64,000 nt of DNA from a virus. Lineage: Duplodnaviria; Heunggongvirae; Uroviricota; Caudoviricetes. Position numbers and translations under genes: made by a program. Where the stretch lies: the IMG/VR virus record IMGVR_UViG_3300020576_002769, positions 17,985 to 81,984 of that record. One strand, given 5' to 3'. Shown piece by piece: positions 46,490-55,641 of this stretch (its first letter is position 1; the number at the start of each line of letters is the position of its first letter). The notes under the pieces were generated by a model. The model made no database searches, was not told the origin of the DNA, and saw only the letters and a list, made by a program, of their open reading frames with translations.

Positions 46490-47380
46490 TCAATTTTCCC
46501 CACGTTCTCGTTCAATCTTAAAATAATCCAATAAGGAGTATTCGGAGAATGACTTACGATAATTACTTCTACTTGTTGGTGCGTAATGTTGTTTAACCGC
46601 ATCAATATACATTGTAAAAGTAAAATCATCACCCATATAAAATTTCTCCCATCCTTTATCAGTGAATAATCTACGAACATTTAATTGTTCGATTGCCAAG
46701 TTATCAAATGAAATAATAGATTTACCAAAATACTTTGGTAAATACATATACCAACGTCTAATATTTTGTTCCACTTTTGGGTTGTGATATTTAACACCAA
46801 ATCCAAAAGTTTTGTAACCAAGAACTAACACTTTACATTTACCCATTGAGATTAATTTATCCATAACCTCAACTTCATTTACACCAGCAATTAAATGATA
46901 AACAATATTATCCGTTAATTCCAACAATGGTTCAACATATTTGAAATTATTACTAGTGATTGAAATTCCAAGACCTTTTACCAAATCATCTTTAACCAAA
47001 TACTTAATTAAATCCTGATATGTTTTTAAGTGTCCTTGGTTTATAGTTAAGTTAGCATAAATCCCTCTTTCTTTTAACTTCACCAAGAAATCAACCAATC
47101 CGGGATGTGATAATGGATTACCTCCTCCGATTGCCAACTCAACACCTGAAGGTAATTCAGACAACACCTCAAATAATTTATCAAGGTCAGCGTGTTTTCC
47201 CTCTGTGGTTGAACTCTCGTGACAGTATGCACATCCTAAATCACAATAATTAGTAATTTTAACGTCAATACTCTCCGGATGAACAATGTTCGGAGTACCT
47301 TCATACTCACGAACTTTTGTTCCATCGTTATATAGGGTTACACTAGTGTTCCCGTTTTTATATGTATTAATGATTGTCAT
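46490..47380 (-). CDS. radical SAM enzyme of unknown specificity
   Basis: CDLGCAYC is the CxxxCxxC cluster. ELAIGGGNP matches the GGEP-like SAM-binding motif. The internal track ORF 46363-46680 is spurious. Confidence 0.7.
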   Translation of the reverse strand: MTIINTYKNGNTSVTLYNDGTKVREYEGTPNIVHPESIDVKITNYCDLGCAYCHESSTTEGKHADLDKLFEVLSELPSGVELAIGGGNPLSHPGLVDFLVKLKERGIYANLTINQGHLKTYQDLIKYLVKDDLVKGLGISITSNNFKYVEPLLELTDNIVYHLIAGVNEVEVMDKLISMGKCKVLVLGYKTFGFGVKYHNPKVEQNIRRWYMYLPKYFGKSIISFDNLAIEQLNVRRLFTDKGWEKFYMGDDFTFTMYIDAVKQHYAPTSRSNYRKSFSEYSLLDYFKIERERGEN

Positions 47381-47855
47381 TGTCTGTATGTAACCAAGAT
47401 TCTCTACTAAAAATAAAACGTCTCAAAATTTCTTTATCCTCAAAGATAAAATGATAATCATCATCCTCTATGGATTGGTGGTCAATATAACCAAAATCCG
47501 GCATCCCTCTCCATCCAATACCGTTAGCTTGGAACTCAACATCTATACATCCGGTTTGTTCCATAATTACGTCTTTCAACATTTGAGACATTTCCGATAA
47601 TCTATCACCACCACGAGCCATAAGATAAACCAACATATAGTTAGCTTTAGTATCAGCGTCGTAATAATCATCAACTTCCCATCCCCATTCACCACCGGTT
47701 AATACAACAACACCTTCTTCGTTAGGTGTGATTGTATCCATCATATCTTCTGTTAAGGTTTCCGCAACTGAAACCGAGTGTGTTGAAGAACTATTTGTCT
47801 CCCATACATTTTGTCTAATTTGTTTCATATTTTTTATATTTGAGTTTTCCACCAT
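47367..47855 (-). CDS. hypothetical protein
   Basis: ORF of 162 aa, overlapping the radical SAM gene by 14 nt (likely an operon). Confidence 0.45.
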   Translation of the reverse strand: MVENSNIKNMKQIRQNVWETNSSSTHSVSVAETLTEDMMDTITPNEEGVVVLTGGEWGWEVDDYYDADTKANYMLVYLMARGGDRLSEMSQMLKDVIMEQTGCIDVEFQANGIGWRGMPDFGYIDHQSIEDDDYHFIFEDKEILRRFIFSRESWLHTDNDNH

Positions 47856-48148
47856 TCTAAATCACCGTCGAGGGCATAATCAATTCTACCCACATCTAAT
47901 CCATAAATTTCTTTAAACCAATTTTTCAAGTTGTCCGTGAAATATTCAGACATCACGAACATCATTAAAAGAATATCCCATATCTTCTTTTTACTAACCC
48001 ATACATTACCATCACTTAGACTATGTTGGATTAATATTTCACCTTCACTATTTTTAAAGAAAACTAACTTTTGACCGTACTTAACAACATTAATCTGTTC
48101 TAAATCTCCAAATCGGTCACTCATTAATTTATTAAAATGTTTTCCCAT
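47834..48148 (-). CDS. hypothetical protein
   Basis: ORF of 104 aa. Confidence 0.4.
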   Translation of the reverse strand: MGKHFNKLMSDRFGDLEQINVVKYGQKLVFFKNSEGEILIQHSLSDGNVWVSKKKIWDILLMMFVMSEYFTDNLKNWFKEIYGLDVGRIDYALDGDLEWWKTQI

Positions 48149-48151
48149 TTT

Positions 48152-48985
48152 TTATAAGTTTTCAAATCTCTGAGCGTTTCTTCTCGCAGCATTTTTTAAA
48201 TATTCTAATACCTCCGGGACTTCATTTTCGTCAATGTTTTTGATATAAACACCACGAGAACATCCCTTTCTTGGATGTAACATCCATAATTGTAACCCAA
48301 CTCTTGCTTCAGGTTCGTCATAAATATTACCACCCTCACAATGTTCACACTCACCATAAACCCCTAAATGTTTTGCACGAGCTTTAACACAAATCCAACG
48401 ATTTATTGAGTCGTGACCCATACCAGGACCTCTATTCCAACTATTAACTTGTTCCGGAGTTGGGAATTCAGGTTGCTCACATTCCACCCATTGTCTCAAA
48501 CTAAATGGGGCTGTTCTATCCATAACCATCCAACTTTGTTTTTCCTCATCATAGTTATACCAATTATCACCGGTCAAATCAGTTAATCTACCACCTCGAA
48601 TTAATGCTTCGACTTCAACTTCAGTTAAATCATTACACCATCTACGTCCGGTACCCTCAAAATCATACCACTCATCAGATAATTTCTTAGTTTCCGGATT
48701 CAAATTTTCACCATCACAATGAGGACAAGTATGACTCTTACGATATACCTCAAAGTAGAAATTAACTAATTCATTATAATCATCTAATTCAAACGCTTCT
48801 TTGAATGATTCCAATTCAACAGGACTTCTCCACCCCGCGTCTTTGTCCGACATATAATCCTCATAATTACCCCAACAGGTATAACCCGGATTTTTCTTCA
48901 ACAATTCTAATTGCCATTGTTTCCCATTTAATAACTCAGCTTCTCTGATGTCGTACTCTTCTCTTAAATTTGGTGCGTTTCTCAT
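48152..48985 (-). CDS. hypothetical Cys/His-rich protein
   Basis: ORF of 277 aa with HTCPHC and CEHCEGG motifs. Somewhat GC-richer than the window average. Confidence 0.45.
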   Translation of the reverse strand: MRNAPNLREEYDIREAELLNGKQWQLELLKKNPGYTCWGNYEDYMSDKDAGWRSPVELESFKEAFELDDYNELVNFYFEVYRKSHTCPHCDGENLNPETKKLSDEWYDFEGTGRRWCNDLTEVEVEALIRGGRLTDLTGDNWYNYDEEKQSWMVMDRTAPFSLRQWVECEQPEFPTPEQVNSWNRGPGMGHDSINRWICVKARAKHLGVYGECEHCEGGNIYDEPEARVGLQLWMLHPRKGCSRGVYIKNIDENEVPEVLEYLKNAARRNAQRFENL

Positions 48986-49242
48986 AATGCAAAAGGTCTT
49001 TGTTTATCTCTACTGAACCACTCTTCTAACGTGAAAATATTATTTTCAATATCACTAATATCTTGGTCGTCTAACCACTCACCGAATAATTCGGCGTGAT
49101 GATGTTCTTTGAAGAATTTTTTATCAAATCTTTTTAGGACATCATAAACAAATTCATCTTTTCCTTTATACTCAAAAGGAATGATTGCTGTCCCTGAACA
49201 GGGTTCTCCACCCCAATGATATGTATAGATTAATTTTACCAT
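48982..49242 (-). CDS. hypothetical protein
   Basis: ORF of 86 aa. Confidence 0.4.
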   Translation of the reverse strand: MVKLIYTYHWGGEPCSGTAIIPFEYKGKDEFVYDVLKRFDKKFFKEHHHAELFGEWLDDQDISDIENNIFTLEEWFSRDKQRPFAL

Positions 49243-49886
49243 TATTTTATTTCATCAATTTTTGTTAATTCCAAAGTATTCTTATTCAACTTATAAACAC
49301 CTACCGGAAGTTTAACTTCGTAATAGTCGAAATTGTATCTGTTATCAAGATAAAGACATTCTTCACCAACTATCACCGATGATGGTCTGTAACAAATCTT
49401 TTCACCGGTAAGTAAATTATAGTAATAGTTACCCATAGAAGCTACGTTACCTCCCGTATGATACGGCCAATCAAGACCTATCATCGTTAAACAAATCTTA
49501 CCTTCAGTATTAACAATAACACTTTTACCAAAACTAAATCCGTTATCGTTTTTCTTAGGTTCGTTTGTTCTTGCGTAACGAATCAAAACACAATACCCGT
49601 CTTTAAATCCGTGACACAACCCACCTTTACGGAATATCTCATCAGATACCTTAACACCATCTTTGTAAAGGTGAGAGTATTTCATTTCAACAATTCTTGA
49701 ATTCTCGGATTCTTTGTTGGACAACTCAATTGGTCGTAATTCAAACCCATCATTCAAACTTTCATATGGATTAACCGGTTTTGGTTCTTTGGTTAAACCA
49801 CCAAAGATATTATACAAATCCCCATTAAAAGCCATCTGTGATGCTAACGTCATCACATCCAACATTTTTTTTGCGTCGTTATTCAT
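49242..49886 (-). CDS. hypothetical protein
   Basis: ORF of 214 aa. Confidence 0.45.
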   Translation of the reverse strand: MNNDAKKMLDVMTLASQMAFNGDLYNIFGGLTKEPKPVNPYESLNDGFELRPIELSNKESENSRIVEMKYSHLYKDGVKVSDEIFRKGGLCHGFKDGYCVLIRYARTNEPKKNDNGFSFGKSVIVNTEGKICLTMIGLDWPYHTGGNVASMGNYYYNLLTGEKICYRPSSVIVGEECLYLDNRYNFDYYEVKLPVGVYKLNKNTLELTKIDEIK

Positions 49887-49890
49887 ATTA

Positions 49891-50283
49891 TTAAATTACT
49901 TTACTTTTGTTTTTTGAAATAAAGTATGATTCACATTGTTTATAAATTCTTTCATACTCTTCTTGTTCTCTCTTAATAAAATCTTCCATTAACTTTGGAT
50001 TATTTTTATATTTTTCAGCATCTCTAACCGCCTCATCAAAATTACGATATAAAACCGGATGATACTTATTAGGATATGAACTTAATACCCCGATATGGAA
50101 TGTACGACATAACAAATTCCAAGGTATTAAAAAATTTAGAAATAACCAAAACCCGGTAATTTCTTTACGATATTCTATCGAGTAGTAGTCACCACCACTA
50201 CCATAAGGTTGAACTCTAAACTTTAATTCTGACATAATATTTAATTTTCGGTACAAAGATAAAAAAAAGTTTGGACTTGCCAA
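49891..50283 (-). CDS. hypothetical protein
   Basis: ORF of 130 aa. A TATCTTTG box lies upstream (plus-strand gtacaaagata at about 50254). Confidence 0.4.
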   Translation of the reverse strand: MASPNFFLSLYRKLNIMSELKFRVQPYGSGGDYYSIEYRKEITGFWLFLNFLIPWNLLCRTFHIGVLSSYPNKYHPVLYRNFDEAVRDAEKYKNNPKLMEDFIKREQEEYERIYKQCESYFISKNKSKVI

Positions 50284-50300
50284 ACTTTTTATAAATTATT

Positions 50301-51041
50301 TTATTGTTCCATTGTTGGTTTTAACCATAACCCACTATCTTTGAAGATGTATGTTTTTAATGTTGGAAATTCATTAAGAACTTTTAAGGTTTCCAAGGTG
50401 TCGTGTTTGAAACACTTAAATAATTCCTCCCTAATTCTTTCGGTTGACACCACACTCATCTTTTCATCGTAATTATAAGATTCGATTGTGAGTGCAATTG
50501 TTCCCGGAATCGTAAATCCTTTTGTAATTGAGAATCTGATTGCTCTTAAAATTCTAAGCGGGTCATCATTAAAAGTCACTTCAGTTGGCAACGGAGTTCT
50601 TAAAATTTTATCTCTTAAATCTTCAAGTCCATTGAAGAAGTCGATAATTTTACCATCCTCATCTTTAGCTAAAGCATTTAATGTAAAATCTCTTCTTTCC
50701 AAATCATCATATAATGTCCCTGGCTTAACGATTGGTGTTCTTGTTCCCGGAATGTATCCAACTTCTTTACGAGCCATTACGAAATCCGCAACCCCACTAT
50801 ACTTGTGGTCTTTTGGGAACATCGCTCTAATGGTAAAACAATCCGGAGTGATTAAGAAAATTTCAAATTTAGTTTCACGTAAGAATGTAACTAAAATTTC
50901 AAACATTTCCTCAGCTTCGGTATATTGAGATAATAATGAGTCATTAGGTACCGCAACGTAATCCACGTCTTTGGATTTAAGACCTAAAATCTCATCTCTA
51001 ACTTTTCCACCTACCTCGTAAAATCTAAATAAATTCTCCAT
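50301..51041 (-). CDS. truncated class-II tRNA nucleotidyltransferase (CCA-adding/poly(A)-polymerase head+neck)
   Basis: YEVGGKVRDEILGLKSKDVDYVAV, TIRAMF, ARKEVGY..GTRTP, DDLERRDFTLNALA, DFFNGLEDLRDKILRT, DDPLRILRAIRFSITKGF. At 246 aa it lacks the body and tail domains. Confidence 0.8.
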   Translation of the reverse strand: MENLFRFYEVGGKVRDEILGLKSKDVDYVAVPNDSLLSQYTEAEEMFEILVTFLRETKFEIFLITPDCFTIRAMFPKDHKYSGVADFVMARKEVGYIPGTRTPIVKPGTLYDDLERRDFTLNALAKDEDGKIIDFFNGLEDLRDKILRTPLPTEVTFNDDPLRILRAIRFSITKGFTIPGTIALTIESYNYDEKMSVVSTERIREELFKCFKHDTLETLKVLNEFPTLKTYIFKDSGLWLKPTMEQ

Positions 51042-51306
51042 CTCTTTTAATTATATAATGGTTTGATTGGTATGATACATTTTCTCTACCTGATTCACTA
51101 CCAAATAAGTTACATTCAATTATACATTTTTCACCAGTAACTTTGATGGTATTAGTGTCTTCATCAATCTCAACATTTACATTATAATGTTTCTCAAAAT
51201 TATAATAATTTGATGTCTCAATCGTTAAGGTTCCATTATGAATGGAAATACCACATTTTTCAAAAGTTAAATTTGTTTTTGACATATTTTCTAATTTACC
51301 GGACAA
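51025..51306 (-). CDS. hypothetical protein
   Basis: ORF of 93 aa between the Thg1-like and CCA-like genes. Confidence 0.4.
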   Translation of the reverse strand: MSGKLENMSKTNLTFEKCGISIHNGTLTIETSNYYNFEKHYNVNVEIDEDTNTIKVTGEKCIIECNLFGSESGRENVSYQSNHYIIKRDGEFI

Positions 51307-51327
51307 AGGTATAAAAAAAATCCCGAA

Positions 51328-52095
51328 CTAAAAATTATTCGGGATTAAATTTTCTAAAAATTCTCTATCTTGGGTAAATACAGGTGTTTCAACCAACTTC
51401 CACTTACTTCTTGGGAATGTTACGTCACCCTGGGTTATCTCAACTTGAACTTTCGTAATCACCCCACCACGTTTTTCCCGGAAATCATAATCATTCCAAT
51501 TAATTCCCTTTTGGAAAATCATTTCTTGTTGTTGATTACCATTCTTTCCGTTTAATTCCTTTGGAGAATATAAACTCTGAGCCACAGATGCAATTGAGTT
51601 TCTCACCGCGTCTTGTTGTCTCCAATATAAATAATTCAACACCTCAACCTTTTGTGGTATTTGGAAGACACGAGCATCAAACTCAGCCATTCTGAATTGT
51701 TTAATATCATAAACACTCATCGGTAATACCCCCCCCATTAATCTTAATCGGTTAAACTCTGATGTCGCCATTGACGCAGCAACACTACACATCTTCTGAA
51801 GGTTATTATCAAACCAAGCCTGAGTTGAGATGTCCTCAAAATCTGTAATCACAATCGATATTTCATCTGACTGAACGTAAGCCAACTTGGCACCCATAAT
51901 ATTTTTACACAGGTATGCCGCAGTTGCGTTCATATCCTCAATCAATCGTCTATCAAAAGGTCTATTCAACCCTTTTGTATATGTGTGGAACGCTTTACCA
52001 TCAATTCTAATTACGGTATAACTTCTCCTTGGTAACGAAATCCTTGTGCGGTTTTCGTAATTTTCTTTCATTCTATTTCCTAAATCGTCTCTCAT
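51328..52095 (-). CDS. Thg1-like protein (tRNA-His guanylyltransferase family, 3'-5' polymerase)
   Basis: Collinear with human THG1: YTVIRIDGKAFHTYT ~ VVVRLDGRNFHRF. PFDRRLIEDM ~ PNDSRALQLM. LAYVQSDEISIV ~ IAYGQSDEYSFV. FDARVFQIP ~ FDGRVVVYP. YLYWRQQDAVRNS ~ YLSWRQADCHINN. Confidence 0.85.
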   Translation of the reverse strand: MRDDLGNRMKENYENRTRISLPRRSYTVIRIDGKAFHTYTKGLNRPFDRRLIEDMNATAAYLCKNIMGAKLAYVQSDEISIVITDFEDISTQAWFDNNLQKMCSVAASMATSEFNRLRLMGGVLPMSVYDIKQFRMAEFDARVFQIPQKVEVLNYLYWRQQDAVRNSIASVAQSLYSPKELNGKNGNQQQEMIFQKGINWNDYDFREKRGGVITKVQVEITQGDVTFPRSKWKLVETPVFTQDREFLENLIPNNF

Positions 52096-52107
52096 CTTAT
52101 TAATACT

Positions 52108-52557
52108 TTATATATAATCGTGTAATTGTTCATCACCTGTTGGAAAAGCAAAATACCTACTTCCATCATCCCTATAACATTTAGTGAAACCTTCTAACTC
52201 TTCACTATGTGTATCATCACCAAATAACAGTCTAGACATTCTATCTCGTTCTTTGTCTGACATTGAACTTGTTCTGTAAACATACCTCCTAATAATCGTA
52301 GGATTAAATCTATAAGCCTTTGTTCTTTCATCCGTTGTACGAATATTAAGAATAGCGTTCGCTTGTTTCCAAGTTATAAACTCGTGGGTCACCGCAAAAT
52401 CTAATACACTTCTACAGAATATTTTAGTATCTTCAAAATATTCATCTGAATAAAGTACTAAACCTAATTTATTAATAATATACAAATATTCTCCAAATAA
52501 TTCATCCGGAGTAATATAAGATTTATTATTCAACCATTCTTTATTTTTCACCCACAT
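52108..52557 (-). CDS. hypothetical protein
   Basis: ORF of 149 aa. Confidence 0.45.
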   Translation of the reverse strand: MWVKNKEWLNNKSYITPDELFGEYLYIINKLGLVLYSDEYFEDTKIFCRSVLDFAVTHEFITWKQANAILNIRTTDERTKAYRFNPTIIRRYVYRTSSMSDKERDRMSRLLFGDDTHSEELEGFTKCYRDDGSRYFAFPTGDEQLHDYI

Positions 52558-52776
52558 TTACTCAACCACTTTTATAAATTCACTGTTAATTTCGTAAATC
52601 TCATACTCATCAGAGTGTTCACCCGCACGACTTCTAATGAAATCCCTTGTGTTAATAGCATCCTCTATAGTCCCATAAAAAACCGTTGCCCCGTAACTAT
52701 AACAACACAACGATGTTGAAGGTCCATTCGGATGCCAAGGTCGTGCAATAACATAATTAAACCGTTCCACTTCCAT
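52558..52776 (-). CDS. hypothetical protein
   Basis: ORF of 72 aa. Confidence 0.4.
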   Translation of the reverse strand: MEVERFNYVIARPWHPNGPSTSLCCYSYGATVFYGTIEDAINTRDFIRSRAGEHSDEYEIYEINSEFIKVVE

Positions 52777-53026
52777 TTTCTTTCATCGGTATTAAAAGTT
52801 TGTCTAACGTTGATTTGTATGCAGCAAACGCAAAAGGATTATCCTTTTCCGGGTTGGTGATACATTCGTTGTAAGCCCCCTCAAACAATTCAATCGCAAC
52901 ATCAATACCCTTATGTTCCACAATCATTTTTGCCGCCGCAGGAATCACGATTGGTTGTCCCAAATTATATTCATCACAAATACTATCTACCGTTTCCCTA
53001 ATCTTTTCTATGTAAGTTTTTTCCAT
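52757..53026 (-). CDS. hypothetical protein
   Basis: ORF of 89 aa. Confidence 0.4.
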   Translation of the reverse strand: MEKTYIEKIRETVDSICDEYNLGQPIVIPAAAKMIVEHKGIDVAIELFEGAYNECITNPEKDNPFAFAAYKSTLDKLLIPMKENGSGTV

Positions 53027-53340
53027 TATTTTTGTTCTTTAACAATTTCAATTAATTCCTTTAATACTAGCAGTTGAGATTCAGTATCTAAAGGCATTAT
53101 CCCTTTTTCAACTTCTAATTTTTGATATAACCATCTAAATGCTTGTGAGAATGTTGGTGCATTAGTGTCTGCGTCATTATTGTGATTTTTTATTAAATCA
53201 AATAAATTTCCGCCAGAATAAACATCAAATTCTATTGAAGTAAATTCTTTATTTTCATTCCAAAAACCAAAACAAGGTTCATCAAACCCTAATTCTTTCA
53301 AAGCTAAAGCTTCATTGTATAGTACAAATTCTTTTTCCAT
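53026..53340 (-). CDS. hypothetical protein
   Basis: Start at the internal Met MEKEFVLYNE so that it abuts the upstream gene. Confidence 0.4.
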   Translation of the reverse strand: MEKEFVLYNEALALKELGFDEPCFGFWNENKEFTSIEFDVYSGGNLFDLIKNHNNDADTNAPTFSQAFRWLYQKLEVEKGIMPLDTESQLLVLKELIEIVKEQK

Positions 53341-53341
53341 C

Positions 53342-53602
53342 TTAATACTCTGTAATGTTATACATACCACATACTCTATGTGACCTACCAAACTCATCCT
53401 TGAATGTTACACACCCATCTTTCTCCACATAACTATTGGTGTAGAAACTTGTCTCTTGACGTTTGTTACCCGGAATGGTGATTTCGTATAAATGTTTTCC
53501 ATCCTTGGTCATTGTTGTTACAAGATAAGCCTTATAACCAAAGATACAAATAACAATTAAAAACATTATCACAATCAAACCTTTTATTGTATTTCTTTCC
53601 AT
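53342..53602 (-). CDS. small secreted/membrane protein
   Basis: Start at the internal Met MERNTIKGLIVIMFLIVICIFG (signal or TM). Confidence 0.35.
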   Translation of the reverse strand: MERNTIKGLIVIMFLIVICIFGYKAYLVTTMTKDGKHLYEITIPGNKRQETSFYTNSYVEKDGCVTFKDEFGRSHRVCGMYNITEY

Positions 53603-53603
53603 C

Positions 53604-53786
53604 TTAATCAAATTCTTCGTTAATAATTCCGGCACCAATTCCCGAACAAACACCAATACCAATAAAGAAATAACCCGGTATTTTGTAAAAGTCACCACCA
53701 CATAATATAACCGTAAGAATTAATAAACCGGTTAACACACAATACAATAGGATTGAGAAAGCAATCCCTCTAAATAATTTATCCAT
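53604..53786 (-). CDS. small membrane protein
   Basis: Two TM helices. Confidence 0.35.
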   Translation of the reverse strand: MDKLFRGIAFSILLYCVLTGLLILTVILCGGDFYKIPGYFFIGIGVCSGIGAGIINEEFD

Positions 53787-53787
53787 T

Positions 53788-54213
53788 TTAATTGAATTTT
53801 TCTAATTGTTTTCTAATTTTTTCTGCTAATTCGTAATCTTCTTCTTCAAGAGCCTGTTTCAAATAAGCTTGACATTCTGTTTCATTCATTGATGAAATAT
53901 CTTTACCATTTGTGGTCCCACTATCTGATGGTTTATATGTGTATAATTCACCCCCTTTATGGTAAGCCAACCCTTCGTTTAACATTCTATAATATTTGAA
54001 TATTTCCGGATACATTGGATGACTTTCCGGTTTATGTCCTCTACATTCAAATTTATATTTTTTGGTAACATCATTAAATAGAATATCAAAATGACAATAT
54101 TCATTATAAAAATTCTTACCATAAGTAGTAATCTTCCAAGTACCCGACTTACTATAAACAACCTCAAAGGTTCCTTTGTCTTTGAATCCTAAAATTTTTT
54201 CTAACCAAGTCAT
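53788..54213 (-). CDS. hypothetical protein with C-terminal UVR-like motif
   Basis: ECQAYLKQALEEEDYELAEKIRKQLEKF at the C-terminus. Confidence 0.45.
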   Translation of the reverse strand: MTWLEKILGFKDKGTFEVVYSKSGTWKITTYGKNFYNEYCHFDILFNDVTKKYKFECRGHKPESHPMYPEIFKYYRMLNEGLAYHKGGELYTYKPSDSGTTNGKDISSMNETECQAYLKQALEEEDYELAEKIRKQLEKFN

Positions 54214-54216
54214 ATA

Positions 54217-54600
54217 TTATTTATTAAACCACATTACTTCATCAAAATCTTTTCGATATTTACCGGAGGTTATATCTGAAGGGTAAACATCAATATCTGA
54301 TTCTTCATTCCCCTTAATATACCTACCAAACCCATCATAATCAATAAACCCACCACCTTTACAACACGAGATAAATGTACCCATAGACATTCTATCACCA
54401 TAATCATAATCAATTGGGGTCATTACCGGAGGTTTAATTAATCTATACTCTCTACTAGCATTACTCAACTCTCGTTGATATGGTTCCAAATATTTTTGAC
54501 ATTCCTCCCAAGAATCTTTATCCAAAGATATTTGCCAATGTTTTGAATGTTCTTTACGAGCCTTTTCTAATCTATCAAGAGCTTCTTTTACTTTATCCAT
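54217..54600 (-). CDS. hypothetical protein
   Basis: ORF of 127 aa. Confidence 0.4.
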   Translation of the reverse strand: MDKVKEALDRLEKARKEHSKHWQISLDKDSWEECQKYLEPYQRELSNASREYRLIKPPVMTPIDYDYGDRMSMGTFISCCKGGGFIDYDGFGRYIKGNEESDIDVYPSDITSGKYRKDFDEVMWFNK

Positions 54601-54767
54601 TTTATTTATTTTTATAATAAAACACTTTATAATTAAACCAACCTAAACCGAGTATTTTAACTTTGATTCTACACCCAACTAATGGAAAATAATGACCCCA
54701 CTTTTCAAGGTGACAATCACCATACAAATATTCTTTACGAAAATCCGTTATAAGTAATTTAACCATC

Positions 54768-55277
54768 TTATCTAAATTTTTCCATTCTCTGTTTAATCAA
54801 CTCAGCAGTGTCGTAATCTTCCTCTTCCAAAGCTTTTTTCAAATAAACCTCACACTCAATCTCAGTCATTAAATCAATTGGTTTTCCACTATAAGTTTTA
54901 CCGGTAGATTCTGAACTATCACCAACACTTCCACTAAATGCCGGGTCACAACCCATAAAATTCTTAGCGTTCTCGTAGTTTTCTCTCCAAATCGCAGATT
55001 TGTTAAAATTCATTACCTGCCAATCCACTTGATATATCATATTATCACCACAATCAATATAAAGATTTTCCAAATCCCATCCTTTGAGTATTGCAAATTC
55101 TTTTTTCTTTCTATCTAAAATATCATAATACCGGTTACCTCGACACAAAGCCAATTTATCACCAACTTTCCAATTTTTACATTTTGCTTTCCTATTCTTA
55201 TCTTGAATAGAGCCACCAACACCTATTAGGGCAATTATCAATAAAATAACTCCACCTATAATTCCTAATACTATCAT
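54768..55277 (-). CDS. membrane-anchored protein with C-terminal UVR-like motif
   Basis: N-terminal TM helix. C-terminal IECEVYLKKALEEEDYDTAELIKQRMEKF. Paralogous to the tail of 53788-54213. Confidence 0.45.
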   Translation of the reverse strand: MIVLGIIGGVILLIIALIGVGGSIQDKNRKAKCKNWKVGDKLALCRGNRYYDILDRKKKEFAILKGWDLENLYIDCGDNMIYQVDWQVMNFNKSAIWRENYENAKNFMGCDPAFSGSVGDSSESTGKTYSGKPIDLMTEIECEVYLKKALEEEDYDTAELIKQRMEKFR

Positions 55278-55279
55278 AA

Positions 55280-55585
55280 TTAACTAATTATATTGAACAT
55301 CAAATAAGCAAATCCCCAAATAAAAAGAATCCCAAACAACTTAATAATAAGTTTTTCACCCCAACCATAATCACCTTCTTCACTTTTCTTGTTACCAACT
55401 TTGTACGTCAAAAGACCAACACAAATAGTAAGACCAAATATTTGCCCAAATTTTAACTTACTAAGAACCGGTACATTGTATAAAATACTAATGTCTTGGA
55501 GGATATGAGCTTCAAGTAACCCAAATAATCCACCCATAGTTAAAATACCCGCAATAACAAATAAACCTGCTAAAAAATTATTCAT
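55280..55585 (-). CDS. small three-TM membrane protein (holin-like topology)
   Basis: ORF of 101 aa with three hydrophobic helices. A TATCTTTG box lies upstream (plus-strand ggacaaagata at about 55613). Confidence 0.4.
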   Translation of the reverse strand: MNNFLAGLFVIAGILTMGGLFGLLEAHILQDISILYNVPVLSKLKFGQIFGLTICVGLLTYKVGNKKSEEGDYGWGEKLIIKLFGILFIWGFAYLMFNIIS

Positions 55586-55641
55586 AATAATATAGTTTTT
55601 TAAATTTCACGGGACAAAGATAATACTATTTTTGATATAAA

